Of a DNA stretch of 64,000 nucleotides, positions 31,740 through 41,683 are shown piece by piece; positions within the stretch are counted from its first letter, which is position 1, and each line of letters begins with the position of its first letter. Origin of the DNA: Alphaproteobacteria bacterium. GTDB taxonomy: Bacteria; Pseudomonadota; Alphaproteobacteria; UBA828. The stretch lies in contig CBDCRW010000006.1 of NCBI GenBank assembly GCA_965221125.1, positions 544,001 through 608,000 of the forward strand, read 5' to 3'. Position numbers and translations under genes: made by a program. The notes beneath the pieces were generated by a model that was not told the DNA's origin, did no database searches, and was given only the letters and a program-made list of their open reading frames with translations.

Positions 31740-33263
31740 TCACGACGTGGCAAAGGGAAGAGCGACGAAGTGCTCGCGCCCGTCACGGCTCATGAGGAGC
31801 AGGACGGCATCGCGCCCGTCGCCCTGAGCGGCCTCGATACGCGCGTTCACGTCCGCCACCGAGCCGACGGGCTCGTTGCCCACGGTGACGATCACGTCGC
31901 CGGGGCGCAGACCCTTGCGATGCGCGGCGCTCCCCGGCGCAACGCCGGCAACGGCCACGGAGCCCGAGCCGGCGTCTTCCGCAGCGTTGTCGCCCGTGTC
32001 CGCATCGATGTTCTCGAGGCGGAGGCCGAAGGTGTCGAGGCGGCCCGCCTCGTCCATATCGCCCATCTCCGCACTGGTCTCGACGGGTGGAGCCGCGTTG
32101 GCGATCGCCGCCGTGACCTCCACGGTCTCGCCATCACGCCAGACGGTGAGCGCGGCAGAGGTGCCCGCGTCGATGGCGGAAATCATCCGGGTCAACGCCC
32201 GCGTGTCTTCGACGGAGGCCTGATCCACGGCGATGATGACGTCGCCGGTCTCCAGCCCCGCCAGAGCGGCCGGGCTCTCCGGCTGCACGTGGGCGATGAT
32301 CGCGCCCTCCGCGCTCTCCAGCCCGAGGCTCGCCGCAATGTCTTCGGTGACCGGCTGGATGTGGACACCGAGCCATCCGCGCATGACGCGGCCGTGGGTC
32401 TTGAGGTCGTCCACGACGAGCTTGGCCGTCGCGGCCGGGATCGCGAAGCCGATGCCGACGTTGCCGCCGGTGGGAGAAACGATCGACGTGTTCACCCCGA
32501 TGACCTCGCCGTGCAGGTTGACGGCAGGGCCGCCAGAGTTACCGCGATTGATCGGCGCGTCGATCTGCAGGTGGTCCAGGTAGGGGTTGGGGCCGGTGCC
32601 GCGCCCGCGCGCGGAGACGATGCCGAAGGTCGCGGTCTTGCCGACGCCGAAGGGATTGCCGACGGCGACCACCCAGTCGCCGACGCGGGTGCTGTCGTCG
32701 GCGGCGAAGGGCACGGTCGGCAGCGGCTCCTCGCTGTCTACCCGGAGCAGCGCAAGGTCGGTCCGCGTATCCTGGCCGACGATCTCGGCATCGAGCCGGC
32801 TGCCGTCGTCGAGAATCACGGTCACGGTCTCGGCATTATCGATCACGTGATTGCTGGTCACGATGTAACCCTCGGCGTCGACGATGAAGCCGGAGCCGAT
32901 GCCGCCGCTCGGCATCAATGAGCCGGGACCGAAGTCCGGCGTAAAGCCGAAGCGCTCCGCAAAATCCTCGCCGAAGAAGCGCTTGAAGTGCTCCGGCACG
33001 CGCGGGCCCTGCCCGTGCTGGGCGGTGAACGACGGGCGGGCCTTGTGCATGACCTCGATCGAGACCACAGCCGGGCTCACCGCCTCCACCACGCCGGCGA
33101 GGCTGGGCGTCGCCAGCACGTGATCGACCGTCGCAGGCGGTGTGACCGCCGTGGCCGTCTTGAGCGACGTGGCCAGGCCGCCGCCGGCCACTGCGATCAT
33201 GCCGAGGCCCGCCAGGGCCGCGACGATGACCATTCGTTTGCGTTGCGCCGATAGCGTGCTCAT
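31740..33263 (-). CDS. degP: Do/DegP (HtrA) serine endoprotease with two PDZ domains
   Basis: GSGFIV, TSNHVI, TDLALL, QIDAPINRGNSGGP, RGWLGV motifs. Confidence 0.95.
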   Translation of the reverse strand: MSTLSAQRKRMVIVAALAGLGMIAVAGGGLATSLKTATAVTPPATVDHVLATPSLAGVVEAVSPAVVSIEVMHKARPSFTAQHGQGPRVPEHFKRFFGEDFAERFGFTPDFGPGSLMPSGGIGSGFIVDAEGYIVTSNHVIDNAETVTVILDDGSRLDAEIVGQDTRTDLALLRVDSEEPLPTVPFAADDSTRVGDWVVAVGNPFGVGKTATFGIVSARGRGTGPNPYLDHLQIDAPINRGNSGGPAVNLHGEVIGVNTSIVSPTGGNVGIGFAIPAATAKLVVDDLKTHGRVMRGWLGVHIQPVTEDIAASLGLESAEGAIIAHVQPESPAALAGLETGDVIIAVDQASVEDTRALTRMISAIDAGTSAALTVWRDGETVEVTAAIANAAPPVETSAEMGDMDEAGRLDTFGLRLENIDADTGDNAAEDAGSGSVAVAGVAPGSAAHRKGLRPGDVIVTVGNEPVGSVADVNARIEAAQGDGRDAVLLLMSRDGREHFVALPFATS

Positions 33264-33369
33264 CGTTTCCTCACTTGCCGTTGCCGTGTTTCGCAGCGGC
33301 CGAAGGCGGGCCGCAGCCCTTCTATGGCAGGGCAAGCTGTCACCACGATGGACGCTTGGTTAACTCTTC

Positions 33370-33395
33370 GTCATGATTCGGGGGTCATGATTCGG
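33370..33395. repeat. Tandem 12-bp direct repeat in the degP/DUF1499 divergent region
   Basis: GTCATGATTCGG at 33370-33381 and 33384-33395; each copy contains GANTC. Confidence 0.7.
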
Positions 33396-33788
33396 TTCGG
33401 GTATTCGGCGCTGAAGCGGGGTCCTTCGGCGGTGGGCGACCGGCTCCGGCCCTGCTCACTCTGGAACAACTGCGTCTGTAGTGAAGAGGGCGCCGCACCC
33501 CGGCACCGCATCGAGCCCTTTGCCGCGCCCGTCGACCCGGAGGCCGTCTTCGCTCGGCTGAAGACCCTGGTGGCGGCCATGGAGCGGACAACCGTGATCG
33601 ACGAAACGGACGAATACCTGTACGCGGTCTGCCGCTGGTTGTTCGGCTTCGCCGATGACCTCGAATGCCGCCTGCACGCTGCAGAAGGCGTGATCCACGT
33701 GCGCTCTCACGCGCGTTTGGGCGTTTTCGACCACCACGTGAACCGAAAGCGCGTCGAGGCGCTGCGTCAGAAACTCCGGAGCGCGTGA
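33387..33788 (+). CDS. DUF1499 family protein
   Basis: RLRPCSLWNNCVCS, LFGFADDLE, IHVRSHARLGVFDHHVNRKRVE resemble DUF1499 motifs. Confidence 0.8.
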   Translation: MIRFGYSALKRGPSAVGDRLRPCSLWNNCVCSEEGAAPRHRIEPFAAPVDPEAVFARLKTLVAAMERTTVIDETDEYLYAVCRWLFGFADDLECRLHAAEGVIHVRSHARLGVFDHHVNRKRVEALRQKLRSA

Positions 33789-33815
33789 GCCGCGCAACCC
33801 GTCCGCGCGGCCCGC

Positions 33816-35201
33816 TCAGACGGCCGGTGCCGGAAAGGTCACGGTCACGCGAAGGCCGCCCAACGGGCTCTCGTCGAGCACGAGCGTGACCCGGTGCAGG
33901 GTGGCGACGCCTGCGACAAGGCTGAGCCCGAGGCCGCTGCCGCCGCCGGTGCGGCTCGCGTCGAGGCGGACGAAGCGTTGCAGCACGCGCTCCCGCTCCT
34001 CCGGCGGGATTCCGGGGCCCGAATCCTCGACCGTGAGCCGCACCCCGCCTCCGTCATCGGGCGCGAGGCTCACCCCGATCCGGCCCTCGGGCGTGTGGGC
34101 GAGCGCGTTGTCGAGCAGGTTGGCGACGAGCTGGGAGAGGAATTCGGCGTGGCCGGACACGGGCTGCGTCTCGTCCAGCGTGGACTCGATGGCGAGACCC
34201 TTCTGCTCGGCGAGCGGGGCATAGAGCTCGACCATGTCTGCGACGATGGCGCCGAGGTCCACGGGCACCAGGGCGATGCCGGCCTTGCCCGATTCGGCGC
34301 GGGCAATTTCCATCAGAGTGGCGAAGGTGCGCAGGATGGCGTCGGTCTCCGCGATGGCGCGTTCGAGGGCGGCGCGGCGGCCGTGCTCGTCCGCCGGGCC
34401 CTCGCTGAGCGCCAGCTCCAGCCGCGATTTCAGCCGCGTCAGCGGGCTGCGCAGATCGTGCGCGACGCTGTCGGTCACCGTGCGCAGGCCCGTCATCAGC
34501 GTCTCGATCTCGTCCAGCATCTCGTTCACGGTGATGGAGAGGCGGTCGAACTCGTCGCCCACGCCCGTGACCGGCATGCGCCGCGAGAGATCGCCGCGCA
34601 CGATGCGCTGGCCGGTCTCGCGCACGGCATCGACCCGGCGCAGCATGCGGCGGCTCATGACGAGGCCGCCGAGGAGACCCAGGACGAGCGTGATCCCGAG
34701 CGCGCCGCCGAGAGATTCCAGGATCACTCCTTCGAACACCGCCCTGCCGCGGGGGTCGCGGCCGACGAGCAGCCGGAAGCCGCCGGGCAGCACGAAGGTG
34801 CGGGCGCGGATGGTGCCGCCAGCGTCCTCGTCGTCCGCCCGCCGCGCCGAGACCTCGACCCAGCCGTCCTCCGCGCCGGCGGCCTCGCGCGGCCATGCGC
34901 TGAGGTTGCCGGCGAGCCGCCGCAGTCCGGGATCGGCGAGTAGGTAGACGCTGTCCGGATCGCCGTAGGGGCCGCTTCGCTCCTCGATGACGGCGACCAG
35001 CTGGCGCATGCCCCGCGCCCGGTACTGCTCGGCGAGGCCGCGAACCTCGGCCTCGATGGTGTCCGAGGTCTGACTGTCGATGACTCGCACGGTCGTCCAG
35101 TAGATGAAGGCGAGCAGCACCAAGACCGAGGCGCCGAAGAGGGCGACGTAGAGAAGCGAAAGCCGGAACGTCGACGTCCGGAGCAGTCTAGTCGCCGGCA
35201 C
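33816..35201 (-). CDS. HAMP-domain sensor histidine kinase
   Basis: Two TM helices, HAMP domain, H-box VAHDLRSPLTRL, N-box NLLDNA, G-boxes DSGPGI and GSGLGL. Confidence 0.94.
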   Translation of the reverse strand: MPATRLLRTSTFRLSLLYVALFGASVLVLLAFIYWTTVRVIDSQTSDTIEAEVRGLAEQYRARGMRQLVAVIEERSGPYGDPDSVYLLADPGLRRLAGNLSAWPREAAGAEDGWVEVSARRADDEDAGGTIRARTFVLPGGFRLLVGRDPRGRAVFEGVILESLGGALGITLVLGLLGGLVMSRRMLRRVDAVRETGQRIVRGDLSRRMPVTGVGDEFDRLSITVNEMLDEIETLMTGLRTVTDSVAHDLRSPLTRLKSRLELALSEGPADEHGRRAALERAIAETDAILRTFATLMEIARAESGKAGIALVPVDLGAIVADMVELYAPLAEQKGLAIESTLDETQPVSGHAEFLSQLVANLLDNALAHTPEGRIGVSLAPDDGGGVRLTVEDSGPGIPPEERERVLQRFVRLDASRTGGGSGLGLSLVAGVATLHRVTLVLDESPLGGLRVTVTFPAPAV

Positions 35202-35892
35202 GTCCCGCTTCCTCGCGCGAGGGCGCACGAAAGCAGTACCCCACGCCGCGCACGGTGTGGATCAGGGGCGCCTCGAAGCCCTTGTCGATCTTGCCGCGGA
35301 GCCGGCTCACGTGAACGTCGATCACGTTGGTCTGCGGGTCGAAGTGATAGCCCCAGACGTGCTCCAGCAGCATCGTGCGGGTGACGACTTGGCCGGCGTG
35401 GCGCATGAGGTACGCGAGCAGGGTGAACTCGCGCGGTTGCAGGGCGATCTCGCGGCCCGCGCGCCGCACCACCCGGGCCAGCAGGTCCATCTCGAGATCG
35501 GCAAGGCTGAGGCGCGTCTCGCCGGCGGCGTCGCCTGCGCGCCGCGTCAGCGCCTCGAGCCGCGCCATGAGCTCGGAGAAGGCGAAGGGCTTGGTCAGGT
35601 AGTCGTCGCCGCCGGCCCTCAGCCCTTCGACCCGGTCGTCCACCTGGGCGAGCGCGCTCAGGATGAGCACCGGCGTGCGCCGCCCCTTGCGCCGCAGCGT
35701 CTCGATCAGCGCGAGACCGTCGAGGCCCGGCAGCATGCGGTCGACCACGAGGGCGTCGAAGCGGTTGTCGAGCGCGAGCGCGAGCCCGTCCGCCCCGTCG
35801 TGGACGAGCTCGACCACATGGCCGCTCTCGCTCAGGCCCTTCTCGAGGTAGCGGGCGGCCTCCACGTCGTCTTCGACGACCAGCACGTGCAT
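35188..35892 (-). CDS. OmpR-family response regulator
   Basis: VLVVEDD, DRMLPG, GGDDYLTKPF, QTNVIDVHVSRLR, TVRGVGY motifs. Confidence 0.96.
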   Translation of the reverse strand: MHVLVVEDDVEAARYLEKGLSESGHVVELVHDGADGLALALDNRFDALVVDRMLPGLDGLALIETLRRKGRRTPVLILSALAQVDDRVEGLRAGGDDYLTKPFAFSELMARLEALTRRAGDAAGETRLSLADLEMDLLARVVRRAGREIALQPREFTLLAYLMRHAGQVVTRTMLLEHVWGYHFDPQTNVIDVHVSRLRGKIDKGFEAPLIHTVRGVGYCFRAPSREEAGRAGD

Positions 35893-36311
35893 GGTTGCAA
35901 CCTTGGCAGGCCGCGCGCTGCGATCAAGGGCCTCGCAGCACCCTCAACACATTGTGTGCCGCGCGGCACTTCGGCTGCTGGCCTTGAATGGACCATCGAC
36001 CGTGCCCGCCTTGCCGCGATGCCAGCGCAACAGATCGCCCGCTGCCCGGAAGCGGCAAGTCCGGCTCGTCGAAACACGACAGAAAATCCTGCGCCGTCAA
36101 CGCGCCAAGCCCAACCTCGTGACCCAACTCAAAGTCCAGACGAGACCCAGACACCCAAATCCCCCCACTCTCACCCACAAGGTGAAACCCCCCGAACCCA
36201 TAACCCGAAGAAGCAAGACGTCAATCCCAGGACACAACAGGATCCACTCTGGGAATGAGGGCGGGACGTGCTCCTTGCGCGGGCGGGCCGGCGGGATACT
36301 CTGCAGGGACC

Positions 36312-36995
36312 ATGAAGAAGGCCCACGTCACCGCGTTCTTCGAGCGTCTCGCCGCGCACATCGAGGCGCCGACCACCGAGCTCGAGTACCGGAACCCCTA
36401 TACGCTCCTGGTTGCTGTGGTTCTGTCCGCGCAGGCGACCGACAAGGGCGTCAACAAGGCGACTAGGGCTCTCTTCGCCGAGGTCGAGACGCCGGCCGCG
36501 ATGGTTGCGCTCGGCGAGGCGCGGCTCAAGGAGCACATCAAGACCATCGGCCTCTTCAACATGAAGGCCAAGAACGTGATCGCGCTCAGCAAGGCGCTGG
36601 TGGACGAGCACGGCGGCGCGGTGCCGAACGACCGGACGGCGCTGGAGGCGCTCCCCGGGGTCGGCCGCAAGACCGCGAACGTGGTGCTCAACACGGTCTT
36701 CGGCGAGCCCACCATCGCGGTGGACACTCACATCTTCCGGCTCGCGAACCGGAGCGGGCTTGCGCCCGGAAAGACGCCGCGCCAGGTGGAGGATGGACTC
36801 AACCGCGTCGTGCCCCAGCGCTTCAAGCAGCACGCGCACCACTGGCTGATCCTGCACGGCCGCTACGTCTGCAAGGCGCGCACGCCAGATTGCCCAGCCT
36901 GCGTGGTGCACGATCTCTGCCGCTACAAGGGTAAGACGACAGCGGAGGCTGCCCCGCCATCACGGAGCAAAGGCAAGAAGGCTAAATCGGCTTAG
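36312..36995 (+). CDS. nth: Endonuclease III
   Basis: VAVVLSAQATD, LPGVGRKTANVV, AVDTH, [4Fe-4S] motif CKARTPDCPACVVHDLC. Confidence 0.97.
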   Translation: MKKAHVTAFFERLAAHIEAPTTELEYRNPYTLLVAVVLSAQATDKGVNKATRALFAEVETPAAMVALGEARLKEHIKTIGLFNMKAKNVIALSKALVDEHGGAVPNDRTALEALPGVGRKTANVVLNTVFGEPTIAVDTHIFRLANRSGLAPGKTPRQVEDGLNRVVPQRFKQHAHHWLILHGRYVCKARTPDCPACVVHDLCRYKGKTTAEAAPPSRSKGKKAKSA

Positions 36996-37019
36996 GTTGA
37001 GGCGGCTGCGGCGGGCGGC

Positions 37020-37613
37020 TTAGTCCCCCTGCGACGCCGCCTGCGCTTCTTCTTCGGGCGCGGCCAGCGCGACCGGCTGCAAATCGGCCTCGCGATCCGC
37101 CGGATCGTACTCGGACTTCCCTTCCATGCGACCGCCGCGCTCGATCTCGAGCTGGCCGTAGCGGACGGTTCCCGAAACGCGGCCGGAGGCCCGGATGAAG
37201 AGCCGCCTCTTCACCTTGAGCTCGCCCTCGAACAGCCCGGCGATATCGGCGCTGTCCACCGTCACGGTGCCCTTGAAGACGCCGCCCTTCACGATCTCGA
37301 GCAGGCGTCCGTCCGGCATCGAGGCTTCAACGGTTCCCTCGACGGTGAGCCGCTCGCAATCGAGGACGGTGCCGCCGCTGATGGTGGTCTCGCGCCCGAC
37401 GGTGAGCCGCTTGGGATCGCTCTCCACCCGGCCCGGTGCATCGGCCGGCGCGGGATCAGGCGCGCCGCGCGGCACGTCAGGGTGGAAGACGACGGTCTTG
37501 CTCGGCACCCCGCGCCGCGTCGCTTCGACGACAACGGTCGGCGCGACACGCTCATCGCCGCCCTCTTGGCTCCGACCTTCCTCTTCCTGGTCTCCGCCCT
37601 TGCGCCGGAACAT
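37020..37613 (-). CDS. Bactofilin (polymer-forming cytoskeletal protein)
   Basis: LTVGRETTISGG..DCERLTVEGTVE...GRVSGTVRYGQLEIERGG beta-helix pattern. Confidence 0.88.
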   Translation of the reverse strand: MFRRKGGDQEEEGRSQEGGDERVAPTVVVEATRRGVPSKTVVFHPDVPRGAPDPAPADAPGRVESDPKRLTVGRETTISGGTVLDCERLTVEGTVEASMPDGRLLEIVKGGVFKGTVTVDSADIAGLFEGELKVKRRLFIRASGRVSGTVRYGQLEIERGGRMEGKSEYDPADREADLQPVALAAPEEEAQAASQGD

Positions 37614-37835
37614 CTTTCCCTCCGCCCTCTGATTGCGGAACTGCTGGCGGTGCTGGCTGGTTCAGGACCAATCCCAGACAGTAGAGCGAGACCCTCGCCC
37701 ACGCAAACGAATTAGGGTCCCTCCCGCTGGATCGCTGGTGCGCCCCGTGCCACCATGACCCGCCCTCGGCGCCGGTTTCCGCCGGTGCGGGCGCAAGGGG
37801 CGGCAGGATTCTTCCACACGTCGCGGGATGGCGGC

Positions 37836-38600
37836 ATGGCAGCTGAGCGCCAGCGGTCCGGCGAGCGCATCGCCAAGCGAATCGCGCGCGCCGGGCTCTG
37901 CTCCCGCCGCGACGCGGAGCGGCTGATCGCCGCCGGCCGTGTGGCGCTCGGCGGCAAGGTCGTGCGGGACCCGGCGATCAACGTCGATGAGGCGAGCGTT
38001 ATCACCGTGGACGGCGCGCCGCTCCCGGCCGCGACGCCGACCCGGCTCTGGCGCTATCACAAGCCGACCGGCCTCATCACCAGCCACCGGGATCCGCAAG
38101 GGCGGCCGACCGTGTTCGAGAAGGTGACGGAGCGGCTCGGCTACGTGGTCTCGGTCGGTCGGCTCGATTTCAACTCCGAGGGGTTGTTGCTCCTGACGAA
38201 CGACGGGGCGCTTGCGCGGGAGCTGGAGCACCCATCGCGCGGCTGGCGGCGGCGCTACCGAGCCCGGGTGCGGGGTGAGCCCGACGAGGACGCGCTCGCC
38301 GCCCTGGAACGAGGCATTACCGTCGACGGCGTCCGCTACGGGCCGATCCAGGCGCAGCTCGACCGGCAGAACCGGCAGAATGCGTGGCTTACGCTCTCGC
38401 TCACCGAGGGGCGCTACCGCGAGATCCGCATCGTGCTCGCACATCTCGGCCTCTCCGTGAACCGGCTGATCCGCACGGCCTACGGGCCGTTCCAGCTCGG
38501 CGGGCTTGCGCGCGGGGAGATCACCGAGATACCGCCCCGCGTGCTGCGCGAGCAGCTCGGCGGCAAGCGGCGTTCGTCCGGTGCGGATCGTCGGCGGTAG
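37836..38600 (+). CDS. rluB: rRNA pseudouridine synthase, RluB-like
   Basis: S4 domain RIAKRIARAGLCSRRDAE; catalytic VGRLDFNSEGLLLLTNDG. Confidence 0.9.
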   Translation: MAAERQRSGERIAKRIARAGLCSRRDAERLIAAGRVALGGKVVRDPAINVDEASVITVDGAPLPAATPTRLWRYHKPTGLITSHRDPQGRPTVFEKVTERLGYVVSVGRLDFNSEGLLLLTNDGALARELEHPSRGWRRRYRARVRGEPDEDALAALERGITVDGVRYGPIQAQLDRQNRQNAWLTLSLTEGRYREIRIVLAHLGLSVNRLIRTAYGPFQLGGLARGEITEIPPRVLREQLGGKRRSSGADRRR

Positions 38601-39144
38601 CCTGCGCGGCCGGCGCCTGCGCGCGCCGGCGGGCGTGCGGGTGCGGCCCACGGCCGAGCGGGTGCGCGAGGCGCTGTTCGATATCCTGCTGCATGGCGGG
38701 ATGCCGAAGCCGCTGGAGGGCGCCCGGGTGATCGATCTCTTCGCCGGCACCGGCGCGCTCGGCCTGGAGGCGCTCTCCCGCGGCGCGGCACATCTCACCG
38801 CCGTTGAAAGCGAGGCCGACGTGCGGGGCGTGCTGCGCGCCAATATCGAGGTCCTGGGCTGCACGGACCGGGCCACGGTCATCGCCGGTGACGCGACCCA
38901 GCTCTCCCAGGCCCTAGCGGCCTGCGATCTCGCGCTCCTCGACCCGCCGTGGCGCGCGGGCCTGGCCGTGCCGGCGCTGGGCGCGCTGGCGGGCGGCGGT
39001 TGGCTCGCCGAGGGTGCGACGGTCGTCGTCGAGCACGGCGCGGACGACCCCTTCGAGCCGCCGCCCCGGCTCATGCTGCGCAACAGCCGCCGCTATGGCA
39101 GGACCGCGCTGACGTTCCTCACGCCGGCGGCCGTGCGAACCTAA
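38581..39144 (+). CDS. rsmD: 16S rRNA m2G966 methyltransferase RsmD
   Basis: RIVGGSLRGRRL, RPTAERVREALF, DLFAGTGALGLEALSRGA, LDPPW motifs. Confidence 0.93.
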   Translation: MRIVGGSLRGRRLRAPAGVRVRPTAERVREALFDILLHGGMPKPLEGARVIDLFAGTGALGLEALSRGAAHLTAVESEADVRGVLRANIEVLGCTDRATVIAGDATQLSQALAACDLALLDPPWRAGLAVPALGALAGGGWLAEGATVVVEHGADDPFEPPPRLMLRNSRRYGRTALTFLTPAAVRT

Positions 39145-41048
39145 CCTTCCGCACCGCCGCCGTAGCCGAGCGGGCGGACGGCCTCGGCGATCTCGCCCAG
39201 GATCGCCGGGTCGTCGATGGTGGCCGGGGTCTTGTACGCCTCGCCGTCGGCGATCTTCGCAATGGTGCCCCGCAAAATCTTGCCCGAGCGGGTCTTGGGC
39301 AGGCGGTCCACCACCACCGCCTGCTTGAAGGCGGCGACCGGGCCGATGCTCTCGCGCACCATGCGCACCAGCTCCACGACGATCTCGTCGGGCGGCCGGT
39401 TGACGCCGGCCTTCAGCACGACGAAGCCCAGCGGGAGCTGCCCCTTCAGCGTGTCCGCCACACCGACGACGGCGCATTCCGCCACGTCCTGGTGCGCGGC
39501 CAGCACCTCTTCCATGGCGCCGGTGGAGAGCCGGTGGCCTGCGACGTTGATGATGTCGTCGGTGCGGCTCATGATCCAGAGATAGCCGTCCTCGTCGAGC
39601 ACGCCGGCATCGCCGGTCAGGTAGTAGCCGGGGAAGCGCGTGAAGTAGGCCTCCTCGAAGCGCTTGTCGTTGTTCCAGAGCGTCGGCGTGAAGCCCGGCG
39701 GCAACGGCTGCTTGACCACGATGGAGCCGATGCTGCCGGCCGGCACCTGCTCGCCCGCCTCGTCCACCACCTCGATGCGATAGCCCGGCACCGCCTTGGT
39801 GGGCGAGCCGGGCTTGACCGGCAGCGCGCCGAGGCCCGTGCAGTTGGCGCCCATGGGCCAGCCGGACTCGGTCTGCCACCAGTGGTCGTAGACCGGGCGC
39901 TGCAGGCTCTGCTCGGCCCAGGCGAGGGTGTCGGGGTCGGTCCGCTCGCCGGCGAGGAAGAGCGTGTCGAAGCAGGAGATGTCGTAGTCCGCGAGGAGGG
40001 CCGCATCCGGGTCGTCGCGCTTGATCGCGCGGAATGCCGTGGGCGCGGTGAACATGGCGCTCACCCCGTGCTGCGCGATCACCCGCCAGTAGGCGCCGGC
40101 ATCGGGCGTGCCGACGGGCTTGCCCTCATAGAGGATCGAGGGGCAGCCGTAGATGAGGGGCGCGTAGACGATGTAGGAGTGGCCGACCACCCAGCCGATG
40201 TCCGACGCCGCCCACCACACCTGGCCGGGTGAGCGGCCGTAGACGCCGTTCATGGTCCAGTGCAGCGCCACGAGATGCCCGCCGTTGTCACGGACGATGC
40301 CCTTGGGATCGCCCGTGGTGCCGGAGGTGTAGAGGATGTAGAGCGGGTCGGTCGCAGCGACGGGGACGCAGTCCACCGCCTCTGCCGCGGCCATCACGTC
40401 TGCCCAGGTCTCGTCGCGCCCGGCGGTGAGCGGCGCCTCGAGTTCGGGCCTTTGCACGACGATGCAGCGCTCGGGCTTGTGGCTCGCGCGCTCGATCGCT
40501 TCGTCCAGCAGCGGCTTGTAGGCGATGACGCGGTTGACCTCGATGCCGCAGGAGCCGGAGACGATGAGCTTGGGCTTGGCGTCGTCGATCCTGGTCGCCA
40601 GCTCGTTCGCCGCAAAGCCGCCGAACACCACGGAGTGAACGGCACCGATGCGCGCGCAGCCCAGCATCGCGACGGCGGCCTCCGGAATCATCGGCAGGTA
40701 AAGAACCACGCGGTCGCCCCGGCCGACGCCGCGCGCGGCAAGCGCGCCGGCGAAGCGCGCAGCGAGGTCCTGCAGCTCGGCATAGGTGAAGCTCGTCACG
40801 GTATCGGTAACGGGGCTGTCGTAGATCAGCGCCGTCTGTTCGCCCCGCCCCGCGTCCACGTGGCGATCCAGCGCGTTGTGGCAGGTGTTGACCTCCGCGC
40901 CGGGGAACCAGCGGAAGAAGGGCGCGTGCGAGCCGTCGAAGACGCGGTCCCACCGCTTTACCCAGTCGATGCCCTCGGCCGCCTCGGCCCAGAAGGCCTC
41001 GGGGTCTGCGAGCGAGCGGGAATAGGTCTCATCGTAGCGGCTCGTCAT
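39141..41048 (-). CDS. prpE: Propionyl-CoA synthetase
   Basis: YILYTSGTTGDPKGIVRDNGGH, DHWWQTE, INVAGHRLSTG, PKTRSGKILR, PATIDDP motifs. Confidence 0.92.
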   Translation of the reverse strand: MTSRYDETYSRSLADPEAFWAEAAEGIDWVKRWDRVFDGSHAPFFRWFPGAEVNTCHNALDRHVDAGRGEQTALIYDSPVTDTVTSFTYAELQDLAARFAGALAARGVGRGDRVVLYLPMIPEAAVAMLGCARIGAVHSVVFGGFAANELATRIDDAKPKLIVSGSCGIEVNRVIAYKPLLDEAIERASHKPERCIVVQRPELEAPLTAGRDETWADVMAAAEAVDCVPVAATDPLYILYTSGTTGDPKGIVRDNGGHLVALHWTMNGVYGRSPGQVWWAASDIGWVVGHSYIVYAPLIYGCPSILYEGKPVGTPDAGAYWRVIAQHGVSAMFTAPTAFRAIKRDDPDAALLADYDISCFDTLFLAGERTDPDTLAWAEQSLQRPVYDHWWQTESGWPMGANCTGLGALPVKPGSPTKAVPGYRIEVVDEAGEQVPAGSIGSIVVKQPLPPGFTPTLWNNDKRFEEAYFTRFPGYYLTGDAGVLDEDGYLWIMSRTDDIINVAGHRLSTGAMEEVLAAHQDVAECAVVGVADTLKGQLPLGFVVLKAGVNRPPDEIVVELVRMVRESIGPVAAFKQAVVVDRLPKTRSGKILRGTIAKIADGEAYKTPATIDDPAILGEIAEAVRPLGYGGGAEG

Positions 41049-41163
41049 GGGGCGGATCCCGGTCGGTGATGGCGCCGCCGATATTGGCGCGCGCTCGCGG
41101 GCCGGGCAAGCGGCTGTGCCGGGTGGCGGCTCTCTCCGAATGCGCCCAGGCGAAGGCCGCCGA

Positions 41164-41430
41164 TCACCGCGTTCTCCGGCGGTAGGCTTCGCGGCGGTGG
41201 GCGGCGCGCAGGACGAGCACGACCAGATCCTGCTCCCGCACCTCGTAGATCAGCCGGTAGTCGCCGACCCGGATGCGCCTGAGCCCCCGCAGCTCCCCCT
41301 TGAGCGCGCTGCCCGCGAACGGGTTCTCGGCCAGCCGGTCGATGGCCGCGATGAGGCGCTCCCGGTCGGACCTCTCGATGCGCTGCAACTCCCGTGCTGC
41401 GCTCTCCTTAATCCGTATCGCGCAGCGCAT
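41164..41430 (-). CDS. relE: Type II toxin, RelE/StbE family
   Basis: SAARELQRI...IDRLAENP...LKGELRGLRRIRVGDYRLIYEV...HRREAYR. Confidence 0.9.
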   Translation of the reverse strand: MRCAIRIKESAARELQRIERSDRERLIAAIDRLAENPFAGSALKGELRGLRRIRVGDYRLIYEVREQDLVVLVLRAAHRREAYRRRTR

Positions 41431-41629
41431 GGCGAACCCGATCCCAGTCCAGCACCCGATCGCTCGGATCGCGGAGGCGTTCCACGGCGACCGAGAGGTC
41501 GTCGAAATCCTCCAGGTAGCGTTCGACGGCCTGTCGAATGACCTCGGCCCGGCTGCGCCGGAGCTTGGCGGCCGCCTCGTCCAGGGCTTCGACGAGTCCG
41601 TCCGGCAGGCGTGCTGTGACTTGACTCAT
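41408..41629 (-). CDS. CopG/RHH antitoxin (RelB-like)
   Basis: MSQVTARLPDGLVEALDEAAAKLRRSRAEVIRQAVERYLEDFDDL; overlaps relE. Confidence 0.87.
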   Translation of the reverse strand: MSQVTARLPDGLVEALDEAAAKLRRSRAEVIRQAVERYLEDFDDLSVAVERLRDPSDRVLDWDRVRHALRDTD

Positions 41630-41646
41630 GCTCCACTCCGATGTCT

Positions 41647-41683
41647 TTTGACTTAGAATAATGTCAAATGATGTCATACTCAA
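41647..41683 (-). promoter_or_regulatory. relBE promoter and operator
   Basis: Minus-strand TTGAGT (41683-41678), 17 nt spacer, TATTCT (41660-41655); inverted repeat TTTGAC-N10-GTCAAA (41647-41668) straddles the -10. Confidence 0.6.

Noticed and set aside
35891-36466. ORFs across the A/C-rich tract
   Set aside because: Low-complexity P/T/R/K translations without motifs or RBS that overlap nth or the regulator; more likely non-coding.
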